Assembly: GCA_010909165.1 (NCBI GenBank)
Contig: VJWM01000351.1
Coordinates: forward strand, 1-44,712
Length of the DNA stretch: 44,712 bases
Source: Anthoceros angustus
Taxonomy: Eukaryota > Plantae > Anthocerotophyta
Direction: 5' to 3'
In this document: in pieces, positions 23,401 to 35,149 of the stretch
Position numbering within the stretch: position 1 is the stretch's first letter
Layout: every line of letters starts with the position of its first letter
Program-made: the position numbers and the translations under genes
The notes under the pieces: model-generated
What the model was told of the DNA's origin: nothing
Database searches by the model: none
What the model saw: the letters and a program-made list of their open reading frames with translations, nothing else

Positions 23401-24049
23401 TGACCTTGGCGAGTGCTTGGGATTGATTTATCTTGCCGAATCGAGCAGGCACCGCTCCGGCTTGATCTATCCGGTGTTATTCGCCTTGTTTGAATGCCTT
23501 CATGTCGTGACCTTGAAAGCGAACACCTGAATTCCCCAACAAGCGTGAGGTCTTGTTTCCTCGATGGCATACCCTTGCGAATTTTAGGAATTCCGGAACC
23601 TCCACGTCTTCCACATCGTCGGGATTGGCCGTCTCTTTCCTCGCTTCCGCTCGCCCAAAGCCATCATCCTCTACCCAGGTTCATCTTCACGCATTCCCCA
23701 CTCCGGAAGAGTTCGTCAGGTGAAGAGTTACTTCTTGAGTCCTCCTCATCCGGGGGTTCCGCCTTTTTATTTCCTCCGCGACTTCCACTTGGAGCGTCAC
23801 CTCGCTCCAAAGTGTCCCTCCGATAGTCCATTTCTTCTTGGACCACGAGATTTTGGAAAGGTAGTCCTCATTCGTATCCTCGCGCTCATCGTCCCCTTGT
23901 CTTGGAGGTGTACCCTACATGGTGCTTGGTTTCACCACGATGTGTCCTTACTCCGGTGTCGCTACCGTCCTTCCCTCACCTTGGATCCCAGTCCGGCAGT
24001 GTATTTCCTTCCTTCCAGTGTAGTTTTGTCAGCGAGTCCAGTCGCCCCA

Positions 24050-24300
24050 GGACCTCATACCCAGGTCCGGGTCGATGAAATCTAATGTATAGGGGCTCCG
24101 CTATGGTGGCTTGGACTCGGACAACTCCCTGGCGCTCGCGACATGTCGCCATCCGAGGGTTTTGGTGGATGGCTCGAAGGTGGTGAACCCCCGTCTTGCG
24201 GTGGCCTCGGTGATGAGGTTCACTCGACCCCGTGTCGAGGCACGTTTTTAATCCGCAATTTCCACGCACTGGCGCCCGAGTCCGTATGAGATACTACCCT
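24050..24300 (-). pseudogene. Ty3 aspartic protease
   Basis: VRVVSHTDSGAS active-site motif at about 24265-24300, located between gag and RT. Confidence 0.75.
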
Positions 24301-25513
24301 TACCTCCACGTTCTTGCCCTTAGGGCCAAGGAGTTCCGCGTGGTTGCGTCTCACGATGGCCTCCGGACTTCACGATACGGGTTGTCTTTTAACAAGCCTA
24401 AGGGACACCAAGTGTTGTTGGTCCATCATCAAGTCGGCCACCTTGAAAGGGCGGGTGGTTCTCCTTTGCGTCCGTCGCTTGACCCTTCCTCCGCCTCTGT
24501 GGTGGTCGGACCACTACAGGTCTGTCGGTTCTTCTTGAAGCATCTCGGTCACTTCTCGGACCACATCCGGTGGAAGCTGGGTGTTGCCTTGGGTGAGTCC
24601 TTCTCCGACATTTGGGGGTTTTGGTTTCTTCTTGGCGGGCTGCCGGTTAACTTCGTCCTCTTTGGCGGGTTCGGCTTCCTTGGGTGTTCCGTCCTCCGTA
24701 TCCGTGGGACTATCCCATTTTCTTCCTCTTCTGTCTCCTTTCCTTCGCTCCTTTCGGCGACTCGGGTTGACACTTCCGGTACCTCGGTCCGCCTTCTCTC
24801 CTTAAACTTGCTTCGTACCACCTCGTTCAGCTCCTCGGTGCCTCCTCCCCTCCGCCTCTTTTCTTATCGGCCGCCTTAGGGAGGGCGTGGCGGTGGCTCT
24901 CCCCGGGTGGCGTGGCCGTCCTCGAGGGTTCGGACACAGTCGCCATGTGCCCGCACGCTTCAATCTCCACAGGCGTTCAAAGTCCCGTTGCCTTGCGGTG
25001 GGGTATGGCACGCGTTGGAGTAGTGCCGGGGTTCCCACAGTTCCAGCGACCACCGCCGCCGAGAATTCTGGAGGGGCTCCCATGCGGTCTTTGCGCCAGT
25101 CGATGCAGACGGACCCTGGTACATCGTCTGGGATACAGTCGGTGGCTTCTTGCACTTGGTATGCATCCTCCCTTGTTCCTCGGACTCTTCCCGTAGTCAT
25201 ACTCCACACGGTTCCAGGTGCGGATTGGCCTTGAATGCCCATGTTGGTGACACACCACGGATGAGTCGGACCGTGGTGGCCGCCTTCGCCGTTCTTTATC
25301 CTTCACACGGTTGATCGTCAACTCCTCCACCCTCTTCATTACCGTTCTAGATCTTCCCTCGGCCGCTACTTCCTTCAAAGGCTGGGTCGGGCGGGACCTC
25401 GTGCTGCGGGCATCACTCCTCCCCTCACCTCCGCGACTCTTCTTCTTTATTTTTGAGGTTCTTCTTCTTCCATGACATCCTCAGTTCTTCTTGAGTCCTC
25501 TTCCTCTTCCTCT

Positions 25514-27320
25514 GCCTCGGTCTCATCATCCTCCTCTTAGGGTTCTTCATCTTGAGTCCGACCCCGTTTCTTCTTTTCTTCTTTCCTCCTGGAGGTCCTC
25601 GGTCGTTGGTGCATCGATTCTTCATAGTTCTCCGCCCGGACCGCCTTGCTCACATCTTTCTAGCTGGCGTGCTTAGCCATTGGCTTGGATAAGCCTGCGA
25701 ACCAACGTACCGCTTTGCATGGTAGTGTGGTGGGGTGCGGTCCCGGCGTAGAACGTTCGATGTCGATCCCAACTTCTCTCTTCCTCCCGGGTTCTCGAGT
25801 TTGGACAAGGCGTAGCCTTCTTGATCGATTCGCGGAATCTTTCTGAAGGCATCCTTCAATCTTGAAGGTTGCGGGAGTTAAGGCGTGTACTTTACCGAGC
25901 GTGTCCCCGGGACCCCTTGGAGCAATTTGAATGGTGCGCATCCGAACCTTCTCCGTTGAAGTTTGCGACACGAAATCCTCCACGAAGGTTTCGCGTCTCT
26001 CTCCTTCTTACCTCCAAAGAGAATCGCTTGCTTGGTCGCGTTGTTGCCATCGCGCGATCGGGTGAGGAACCGCCCCTTACCACCGCTGACTTGGTCTTCC
26101 TCCGATGCCTCGGTCTCATCATCCTCCTCTTCAGGGTTCTTCATCTTGATCCGACCCCGTTTCTTCTTTTCTTCTTTCCTCCTGGAGGTCCTCGGTCGTT
26201 GGTGCATCGATTCTTCATAGTTCTCCGCCCGGACCGCCTTGCTCACATCTTTCTAGCTGGCGTGCTTAGCCATTGGCTTGGATAAGCCTGCGAACCAACG
26301 TACCGCTTTGCATGGTAGTGTGGTGGGGTGCGGTCCCGGCGTAGAACGTTCGATGTCGATCCCAACTTCTCTCTTCCTCCCGGGTTCTCGAGTTTGGACA
26401 AGGCGTAGCCTTCTTGATCGATTCGCGGAATCTTTCTGAAGGCATCCTTCAATCTTGAAGGTTGCGGGAGTTAAGGCGTGTACTTTACCGAGCGTGTCCC
26501 CGGGACCCCTTGGAGCAATTTGAATGGTGCGCATCCGAACCTTCTCCGTTGAAGTTTGCGACACGAAATCCTCCACGAAGGTTTCGCGTCTCTCTCCTTC
26601 TTACCTCCAAAGAGAATCGCTTGCTTGGTCGCGTTGTTGCCATCGCGCGATCGGGTGAGGAACCGCCCCTTACCACCGCTGACTTGGTCTTCCTCCGATG
26701 CCTCGGTCTCATCATCCTCCTCTTCAGGGTTCTTCATCTTGATCCGACCCCGTTTCTTCTTTTCTTCTTTCCTCCTGGAGGTCCTCGGCCGTCGTTGGTG
26801 CATCGATTCTTCATAGTTCTCCGCCGCCCGGACCGCCTTGCTCACATCTTCTCTTAGCGCGTTAGCCATTGGCTTGGATAAGCCGAACCAGCGCTTTGCA
26901 TGGTAGTGTGGTGGGGTGCCGGTCCCGCAGCGTGAACGTTCGATGTCTGATCCCAACTTCTCCGTCTTCCTCGCTTGAGGTTCTCGAGTTTGGACAAGGC
27001 GTAGCCTTCTTGATCGATTCCGGAATCTTTCTAGAAGGCATCCTTCAATGCTTGAAGGTTGCGGGGGGAGCGTTAGGGGCGGCGGTATTTCCTCCGGTAC
27101 CAGGCACCCCGTGGACCCCTTGGAGCAATTTGGATGAGTGCGCATCCGAACCTTCTCCGTTGAAGTTTGCGCGACACGAAATCCTCCACGAAGGTTTGAC
27201 GTCTCTCTCCTTCTTACCTCCAAAGAGAATCGCTTGCTTGGTCGGCGTTGTTGCCATCGCGCGATCGGCAGGGTTGAGAACCGCTCCCCTTACCACCGCT
27301 GACTTGGTGCTGCTCCTCTC
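25514..27320 (-). repeat. Three tandem copies of an about 593-bp gag segment (25514-26106, 26107-26699, 26700-about 27320)
   Basis: Identical ORFs offset by 593 bp (25660-25983 vs 26253-26576). Gag-like content KDAFRKIPRIDQEGYALSKLEN...YIERF-like...WFAGLSKPMA. Confidence 0.92.
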
Positions 27321-27470
27321 GATCCGACAACTCCACGCTTGTTGGTGGTGTCCTCGCCTCGAGCTCGTCGTCTCTCACGTGCGCTCGGGCGCTCGGCGAT
27401 CTGGCGTCCGACTCTCTGGTCGTCCTTACCTCCGTCCTCACGCATCCACGCTTGCTACGGGCGATTTCAT

Positions 27471-27484
27471 TCCCGGCAGCGCCA
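27471..27484 (-). promoter_or_regulatory. Primer binding site (tRNA-Asp type), copy 1
   Basis: Minus strand ACA-TTT-TGGCGCTGCCGGGA, similar to the Athila-type PBS TGGCGCCGTTGCCGGGGA. Confidence 0.8.
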
Positions 27485-27487
27485 AAA

Positions 27488-28490
27488 TGTGGCGACTTTC
27501 GAGCGGCGGTAGCGCACAATCCGTGTCGTTGTAGGAAGAGTCCGTTCCCAAAGGAATGAGGCTCCGTTTGCGCGTTTGATTTCTGCGTCGTTCGGTCACG
27601 CGCACATGTTCACTAACTACCGCGTTCACCGCGCGAGCCGGTATGGCCAAGCGTTTGAGACCCGTTCGCGTCCGTTCGTTCGTTCGTCCCTCACACCTCT
27701 TTCTCCACTCTCACTTATCGGTCTTAGGAAGGCGCGGGTTACGTCCGGACCTCCTCGTCGTTCGGGCCTCTCGTCCGCTCTGCCGCCTCCGAGTCCCTCA
27801 CACGTTCGGTCGGGTTGCGGGCCGGCTCCGGACGGGTCCCAGTCACCCTTCCTGCACACACAACACGTTAGGTCCGTCACGGGACCACAGTCAATCTCCG
27901 GGTCGTGCACCTTTCGGTGACTCGGGACTCACGTTAGAAGACACACAAGGTGCGCAGAGCGGCATCAACACCAGAGAAAGATGATTTATTCGGGGCGTGA
28001 CCCTCTTATACTACGCCCTCGTCTTTATTACACCCCTATTACGGTGATGGCTCGGTATACTAATCGACGCCTACCATCCTATTCCCTCCCCTATCTCCTT
28101 CGTCGTGTGGGGGGGAAGGTCCGGGTTCCGCCTTGGGATTGGTGGTCAATCTCCGTCACGGCGGGCGCACCCAATCGGATGATCCGGAGACCCCTCCTCT
28201 CCGGAATCACAGCCGAGGTTGGAGCTCTGGCGGCGGTCGGGCCGCCCGTTACCTAGTCATCCTCCTGGCCTCCCGTGGGTCCCCCTCGGTGGGGCCACCT
28301 ATCCTCCTAGCGTGAAGTCGAGGGCTCCTCCTTCTTGCGAGTCCGGACCTCGAGGTCAGGTCTCGACTCAGTCGAACTCAGTCCGTCTTATTTCACAGTC
28401 CAGGTCGGGTGGGGTCGGCCTCGTCTGGGTTCGGACCTCGGGGTCGAACTTATTACGAGGTCCGGTCCCAAGCTCGGACCGGCTTCAATC
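27488..28490 (-). repeat. Partial LTR copy 1
   Basis: Starts TGTGGCGAC next to the PBS and is colinear with 29975-about 31010. Confidence 0.85.
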
Positions 28491-28499
28491 TGTAATCTT

Positions 28500-29957
28500 G
28501 GCGCAGCCTTAGGGAGGGCGTGGCGGTGGCTCCCTGTTGGGGTGGCGTAGCGCACCGTCCTCGAGCGATTGACACAAAATCGCCATGTGCACGCACCCAA
28601 TCTCCACACAGTTCAAAGTCCCGTTGCCTTCTTAGGAGTGGGGTATGGACAGCGTTGGAGTAGTGCGGTTCCCAGTTCGGACCATAGCCGAGAATTCTGG
28701 AGGGCTCCCATGCGGTCTTTGCGCCAGTCGATGCAGACGGACCGGTGTGGTACATCGTCACAGGATACGCGGTCACGGTGGTGCTTCTTGCACTTGGTAT
28801 GCATCCTCCCACTTTGTTCCTCGGACTCTTCCCGTAGTCATACTCCACAGTTCCACAGGTGCGGAGGCGATTAGCCTTGAATGCCCATGTTGGTGACACA
28901 CCGCACACCACGGATGAGTCCGGACCGTGGTGGCCGCCTTCGCCGTTCTTTATCCTTCACGGTTGATCGTCAACTCCTCCACCCTCTTCATTACCGTTCG
29001 GATCTTCCCTCGGCCCGCTACTTCCTTCAAAGGAGCTGGGTCGAGGACCTCTCGTGCAGTGCGGGCATCATGACCTCCTTCTTCTCCACCCTCCGCGACT
29101 ACGGGCTTTTCTTCTTAATTCTTGGGTTCTTCTTCTTCCATGACATCCTCGGTTCTTCTTGAGTCCTCTTCCTCCTCCTCCGATGCTACCTCGGTCTCAT
29201 CATCCTCCTCTTGAGGTTCTTCATCTTGATCCGACCCGTTCTTCTTTTCTTCTTTCCTCCTGGCGTCCTCGGCCGTCGTTGGTGCATCGATTCTTCATAG
29301 TTCTCCGGACCGCCTTGCTCACATCCTTCTACGCCAGCGACACGTGTAGCCATTGGCTTGGATAAGCCATTGCGGTCACGCTTTGCATGGTAGTGTGAGT
29401 GGGGTCGGTCCCGGCGTGGGCAGATTCGATGTCGATCCCAACTTCTCGTCTTGCCTCGGGTTCTCGAGTTTGGACAAGGCGTAGCCTTCTTGATCAATTC
29501 GCGGAATCTTTCTAGAAGGCATCCTTCAATGCCGAAGGTTGCGGGGGGAGTTACGGTAGTGGTACCTCCGATTGTGAGCCCTGTCCCCGTAGGACCCCTT
29601 GGAGCAATTTGGATGTGCGCATCGAACCTTCTCCGTTGAAGTTGCGACGAAATCCTCCACGAAGGTTTGATCTCTCTCCTTCTTACCTCCAAAGAGAATC
29701 GCTTGAGTCGGCGTTGTTGCCATCGCCGCGATCGGCAAGGGTTGAGAACCGCTCCCTTACCACCGCGACTTGGTCTTTGCTTCCTCCTCACGATCCGACA
29801 ACTCCACCACGCTTACATTGGTGGTGACCTCGCCTCGAGCTCGTCGTCTCTCACGTACTGCGCTCGGCGCTCGGCGATCTGGCGTCCGACTCTCTCGGTA
29901 ATTAGTCCTTAACTACCTCCCGTCCTCACGCATCCCGCAGCTTGCTACGATTTCATT
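28500..29957 (-). repeat. Second copy of the gag 5' region (homologous to 24875-27470 without the extra 593-bp units)
   Basis: Starts gccttagggagggcgtggcggtggctc, as at about 24873, and is colinear up to the PBS. Confidence 0.9.
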
Positions 29958-29971
29958 CCCGAGCGGCGCCA
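29958..29971 (-). promoter_or_regulatory. Primer binding site (tRNA-Asp type), copy 2
   Basis: Minus strand ACA-TTT-TGGCGCCGCTCGGG. Confidence 0.8.
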
Positions 29972-29974
29972 AAA

Positions 29975-31248
29975 TGTGGCGCGACTTTCGTGATAGAGCG
30001 CGCGCACAATCCGTGTCGTTGTAGGAAGAGTCCGTTCCCAAGGAATGAGCTCCGTTTGCGTTTGAGGCGATTCTCGTCTTACTGCGTCGTTCGGTCCCAC
30101 GCACACATTCATCAGTTCACGACTAACTACTGTAGCGTTCATACCCGGTGATGGCCAAGCGTTTAAGGACCGTTCGGCGTCCGTATCGTTCACGTTCGTC
30201 CTCACTCCTGTCCGTTCCTCTCTCACTCACTACACTTATCGGTCTTAGGGAAAGGCGGGTTACAGTCCGGACCTCCTCAAATTGTTGAGCCTCTCCGTCC
30301 AAGACTCTGCCGCCCTCCGAGTCCTCCGGCTCACCACGTTCGGTCCGGTTCGGCGGCTCGGGCCGAGGTCCCAGTCACCCTCCTGCACACCACAACACGT
30401 TAGGTCGTCACGGGACCACAGTCAATCTCTCGGCGTGCACCTTTCGGTGACTCGGGACTCACGTTAGCAAGAAGACACACAAGGTGCGAGCGGCATCAAC
30501 ACCAAGAGAAAGATGATTTATTGACGGCCCTCTTACTCGCCCATGAAATCTCTTTATTACACCTATTACGGTGATGGCATTTCGGTATACTAATCGGACC
30601 TACCATCCTATTCCTCCCCTATCTCCTTCGTCGGCGGTGGGGGGAAGGTCCGGGTTCCGCCTTGGGATTGGTGGTCCAATCTCCGTCACAGCAGTTGCGG
30701 CGCGCAATCGGATGATCCGGTAGACCCCTCTCTCTCCGGAATCACAGCCGGGTTGGGCTCGTGGCGGCGACCGCCCGTTACCACTAACGTCATCCTCCTG
30801 GCCTCCCGTGGGTCCCCCTCGGTGGGGCCGCGCTATCTGCTCCCCTAGCGTAAGTCGAAGGGGCTCCTCCTTCTTCTTGGTCCGGACCTCGAGTCGGTCT
30901 CGACTCGGTCCCAGAACTCAGTCGTCTTATTTCACGAGTCCGGTCGGTGGGTCGGCCTCGTCTGGGGTTCGGACCTCGGTCCGAACTTATTCAGTCCGGT
31001 CCCCAAGCTCCGGACCCCTTGTCATGGACCTCGTCTTGCTAGGTCCTCATCCCTACCAGGCCCTTGTCTTGGGTCGGGTTGGCTCCTCATACTGCGCCCC
31101 GGGCCGTCACCTCCCTTCTCGGCGGGTTGCGGTGAACTTACCACAGGGTCCGTTGCGTCTCGCTCCTCTTGAGGCTCTTCTCCCCATTGCCCGTCTCCAA
31201 GCAGGGCCACTAGAGTCCCGTCTTCCCCATGCCCTTCTTCCCCTCACA
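29975..31248 (-). repeat. 5' LTR (about 1.27 kb); right end inferred from ...CCCCTCACA
   Basis: TGT...ACA termini adjacent to the PBS. The far end is not confirmed by a TSD. Confidence 0.7.
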
Positions 31249-31612
31249 GCCTTCCAGTCCGTCTGTTCTGTTGGTGACGAGGTCTCAGCCTTCGGGGCTC
31301 GGTGTGGTAGGCAAAGTCAGATCCACTTGTTGGTGCCTCTTCCACGTGTGCGAAGCACCGTCTTCGCCATAGGTGCTCGGGAGGGGCGTGCTGCCCGCTT
31401 GTTGGACCACCTCCCTGCTAGGTTTGATAGTTGGGCCGACTTCCTTCACGAGGCTGCAAGGGCTGCCTCGGTCACCTCCCATAATGCCGCCGTTGCTCCA
31501 CCACCTCCAACTCCGTCGCTTCGCTCCAGCCCCATTACCATAGCCTGTGTTCCCCGCCTTCCTCAAGCTGGACGTGACTGCTTATGCGCTTCCGATTGCT
31601 CTCTCATCCATT

Positions 31613-34600
31613 CCTACTAGAAATGGCAGCCCATGATCATTGTTGCAATTTTATATTACACTTTCAAATTGCAACAAGCTATGAAACTTGGTATTAAGTT
31701 TGACACTATTCCTTCTCATTTTGTCACCATCTTAACACGAACGACTCTCTTCCTCATCACCTCACCCTCCTAAGTACACCTCTCTCTCACAAGCATTGTT
31801 TATGATTTCAAACATATACTATGCAAACACCTTATATTCTGATCCTTTGTTACAATTTCATGTAACACTTTCCATTTGGAACACTCATTAAGTTAGTTGG
31901 CTTGGTGTTAAGTTTGTGATACTCTTCTCCACCTTCTCTCACCATCTTAACAACATGCAAGTGGTGTGACCTTACACCTCACCATTAAGAGCTTAGCATT
32001 AAGTTTGTTGGCTTGGTGTTAAGTTTGTGATTTTCTTCTTCACCTTCTCTCACCATCTTAACAACACCTTTGGTCTCTCCTTTCACCTCACACTCCTAGT
32101 TAATGCTCGATTATGACACCCATTTTATAATTTTTCCCTCTTTGTGTTGCAACATGTGTTCCCCTCTCACACTATTTTATTCTTCCCTCTTGCTTTTCCT
32201 ACATGATGACAGAACTCTATCTCTCTCCCTGGTTGTCATTCTCTTTCCATTTTGCCTCCTTTGCATAGCTAAGCATTTATAATCTACCTTCCCTCTTCAA
32301 TGCACCCTTGTGTCCACATCTGGTTTTGTTTTAAGCTCCACATACAATTGAAAACTCTTGTTTTACCATTATGTATAGTAGGATTCTAGATTATTTATAT
32401 GTCTATCTATATATATGGTTTGCAGGCCCACTTGTTGTGTATATTCCTATATATATGATTGAAATACGTATTTATGTATGTATATATATGTATTTATACT
32501 TGTATATACTTGTAACCTAAACATAATATTATTTACCTATGTCTAAGTTCGTGGGTGCGAGGCTCACTCTACGTTCGGAGGCAAGGAGGAGGCGGGGGAG
32601 AGGAGGAGGAGGAGAGGAGGAAGGGGAGAGGCAAGGAGGAAGGAGGAGGAGGAGAGGAGGAGGAGAGGAGGCGAGGAGGAAGGAGGAGGAGGGAGGCGAA
32701 AGGAGGGAGGGAGGATTATAAGGAGGAGGTGGAAGATGGAAAGAAGAGGAGCAAGAGGAGGGGAGAAGGAGGAAGAGGAGGGGAGATGGGAAGGAGGAGG
32801 AGGGAGAGGAAGGAGGAGGCCCGTTCCATCTTTGATTTCGATCTCAAATTTTCAGGTGATGCGTAACGTGTGACACACGCGTTGGTGAAGGGATGGTGGC
32901 GGGCGGGATCACGTGTACAGCCAAGCGGATCTTGTACTTGCGAGCATTGCAAGGTCGAGCCAAGACTTGTTCCAATCGTGATTTCCTCTCAAATTTTCAT
33001 TGCGTAACTAGCTAGTGTGATTTGATGTTAGACAAGGCGATAGGCAAGGAGGAAAAGGGGAGAGGATCGAGGTAGAGGAGGAGGAGGAGGAGGAGGAGGA
33101 GGAGGCGAGGAGGAAGGAGGAGGAGGAAGCGAAGGGCGAGGAGGAGATTATAAGGAGGAGGAGGGAAGATGGAAAGAAGAGGAGCAAGAGGAGGGGAGAG
33201 GGGAGGAAGAGGAGGGGAGATGGGAAGGAGGAGGAGGGGAGAGGGAAAGGAAGAGGAGGAGGCCCGTTCCATGTGATTTCCGTCTCAAATTTTCAGGTGA
33301 TCGTAACGTGTGACACGCGTTGGTGAAGGGATGGTGGCGGGCGGGATCACGTGTACCAAGCGGATCTTGTACTTGCAGAGCATTGCAAGGTCGTGCCAAG
33401 ACTGTTCCAATCGTGATTTCCTCTCAAATTTTCAAGTTGTAACTAGCTAGTGTGATTTGATGTTAGACAAGGCGATAGGCAAGGAGGAAAAGGGGAGAGG
33501 GATGGGGTAGAGGAGGAGGAGGAGGAGGAGGAGGAGGAGGAGGAGAGGAGGCGAGAGGAAGGAGGAGGAGGGAGAGGCGGGGAGGGAGATTATAAGGAGG
33601 AGGGAAGATGGAAAGAAGAGGAGCAAGAGGAGGGAGAGGGGAGGAAGAGGAGGGGAGATGGGAAGGAGGAGGAGGGGAGAGGGAAAGGAAGGAGGCCCGT
33701 TCCATGCTGTGATTTCAAGTAAAGACCCGTTCCATGCTGTGATTTCCAGTCTCAAATTTTCGTGATGCGTAACCCTGTGACATGATGTTGGTGAAGGGAT
33801 GGTGGCGGGCGGGATCACGTGTTCAACCAAGCGGATCTTGTACTTGAGCATTGCAAGGTCGCCAAGACTGTTCCAATCGTGATTTCCTCTCAAATTTTCA
33901 ATTGCGTAACTAGCTAGTGTGAATTGATGTTAGACAAGGCGATAGTAGCATGGCGGGGTGTCTCGTGTACATGTACAACTGCAAGTAGTTGCAAGGTCAG
34001 GCCAAGACCCATTCCATGCTGTTATTTCCTATCTCAAATTTTCAGCTCATGCGTAACCAGACTATGATGTGAAGTTAGGGAAGGCGATGGAAGAATGGCG
34101 GGGTCTCATGTACATGTATAGCTGCAAGGTGAGGCCAAGACCCATTCCATGTGATTTCCTACCTCAAAATTTTATTTGATGCGTAACTAGGGTGATGTGA
34201 CATTAGAGAAGGCGATGTAGGCGGTCTTGGGTGAATAGGGGTGACAAGGATGCAGTAGGAGGGACGTTTGGAGGCGGATCCGGTCTTGTAGCACAAAGAA
34301 GGCGAGTGTCTTGTCACCGGCAAGTGAGACATGTGTTGAGTGTGGACGGTGAAAACAACGCAAGGGAGTGGAAGAGGGTGGCGAGGGAGGATAGGAGTGG
34401 AGCAACCAACAGCCATGGTCAAGGCAGGGCAAAAGGCGCGTCGGACATGAGGCGGTTGTCTAGGGAGAGAGAAGGAGGAGGACTTGGAGCCAAACAACCC
34501 CATGCCAAGATAGCAAACATGGGTCCGCGTAGCACAAACTCGTAGGCACAAAAGGCACGAGTGCTCAAGGACAAAAGCGGTAAAGCGTGCGTGGACGTGT

Positions 34601-35149
34601 ACAAAGTATGTACGTTATCCGTGACGTATATGCTTATTTTATACAAAATAGAATATGACCGTATATCACGAAATTACCGTATAGTATATATCACCATGAA
34701 CAATATATGTGTATTTTAAGAAATTCGTACATGTATTTATGTACATGTATTATATGTATATTATGATGTATTTATGTGTATTCATAGTATCGTGGAACTA
34801 CTAAGTAAAACTAGGTATTCCATAGGGTAATAGTAGTAAAAGGAGGAAGGTAGATGGGGAGGAGGTTTGGTACCAAGCCTCCAAAAGTGTTACAAGACTT
34901 TTCTTGTAACACTTTATATGTTGCAATCTTGTTGCAATCTTGAGAGAGGACAAAAGCACCTCTCACTTCATCTCAACATAATTGCAACACCATTGCAACA
35001 TGGTTGCAACAAACGCCTCCGGTTGGTTTCCAAGCCAAAGTGTAACAAGAGGCCCAAAAGTTACATGACCCCAAAATTGCAACATAAGTGTTACATCCAG
35101 GGTCCAAATCTTAACATAAAGTGTAACATGGGTGCTATTTCTAGTAGGG
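31613..35149. mobile_element. Non-autonomous EnSpm/CACTA-like element with (C)CCTACTAGAAAT termini and 3-bp TSD ATT
   Basis: Left CCTACTAGAAATGGCAGCCCATG vs right-end reverse complement CCCTACTAGAAATAGCACCCATG. ATT at 31610-31612 and 35150-35152. Many subterminal TGTTGCAA/TGTTACA-like motifs at both ends. Confidence 0.85.
32577..34210 (+). repeat. Higher-order tandem array: three 435-465-bp units with (GGA)n tracts plus degenerate about 130-bp subunits
   Basis: Units start at about 32580, 33043 and 33478. The submotif TTCCA...GATTTC...CTCAAATTTTCA...GCGTAAC recurs to about 34200. Confidence 0.92.

Larger units (their letters stand above)
21260..31248 (-). mobile_element. Non-chromovirus (Athila/OTA-like) Ty3/Gypsy element, 3'-truncated, with duplicated 5' region
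   Basis: Order LTR-PBS-gag-PR-RT-RH-INT on the minus strand; tRNA-Asp-type PBS; no 3' LTR seen. Confidence 0.9.

Noticed and set aside
24232-24879. 215-aa plus-strand ORF and similar plus-strand ORFs across 24-31 kb
   Set aside because: Antisense to Ty3 gag/protease or LTR sequence; long only because of high GC content.
32539-33893. Glu/Gly/Arg-rich and Pro/Leu/Ser-rich ORFs
   Set aside because: Translations of (GGA)n tracts in the tandem array.
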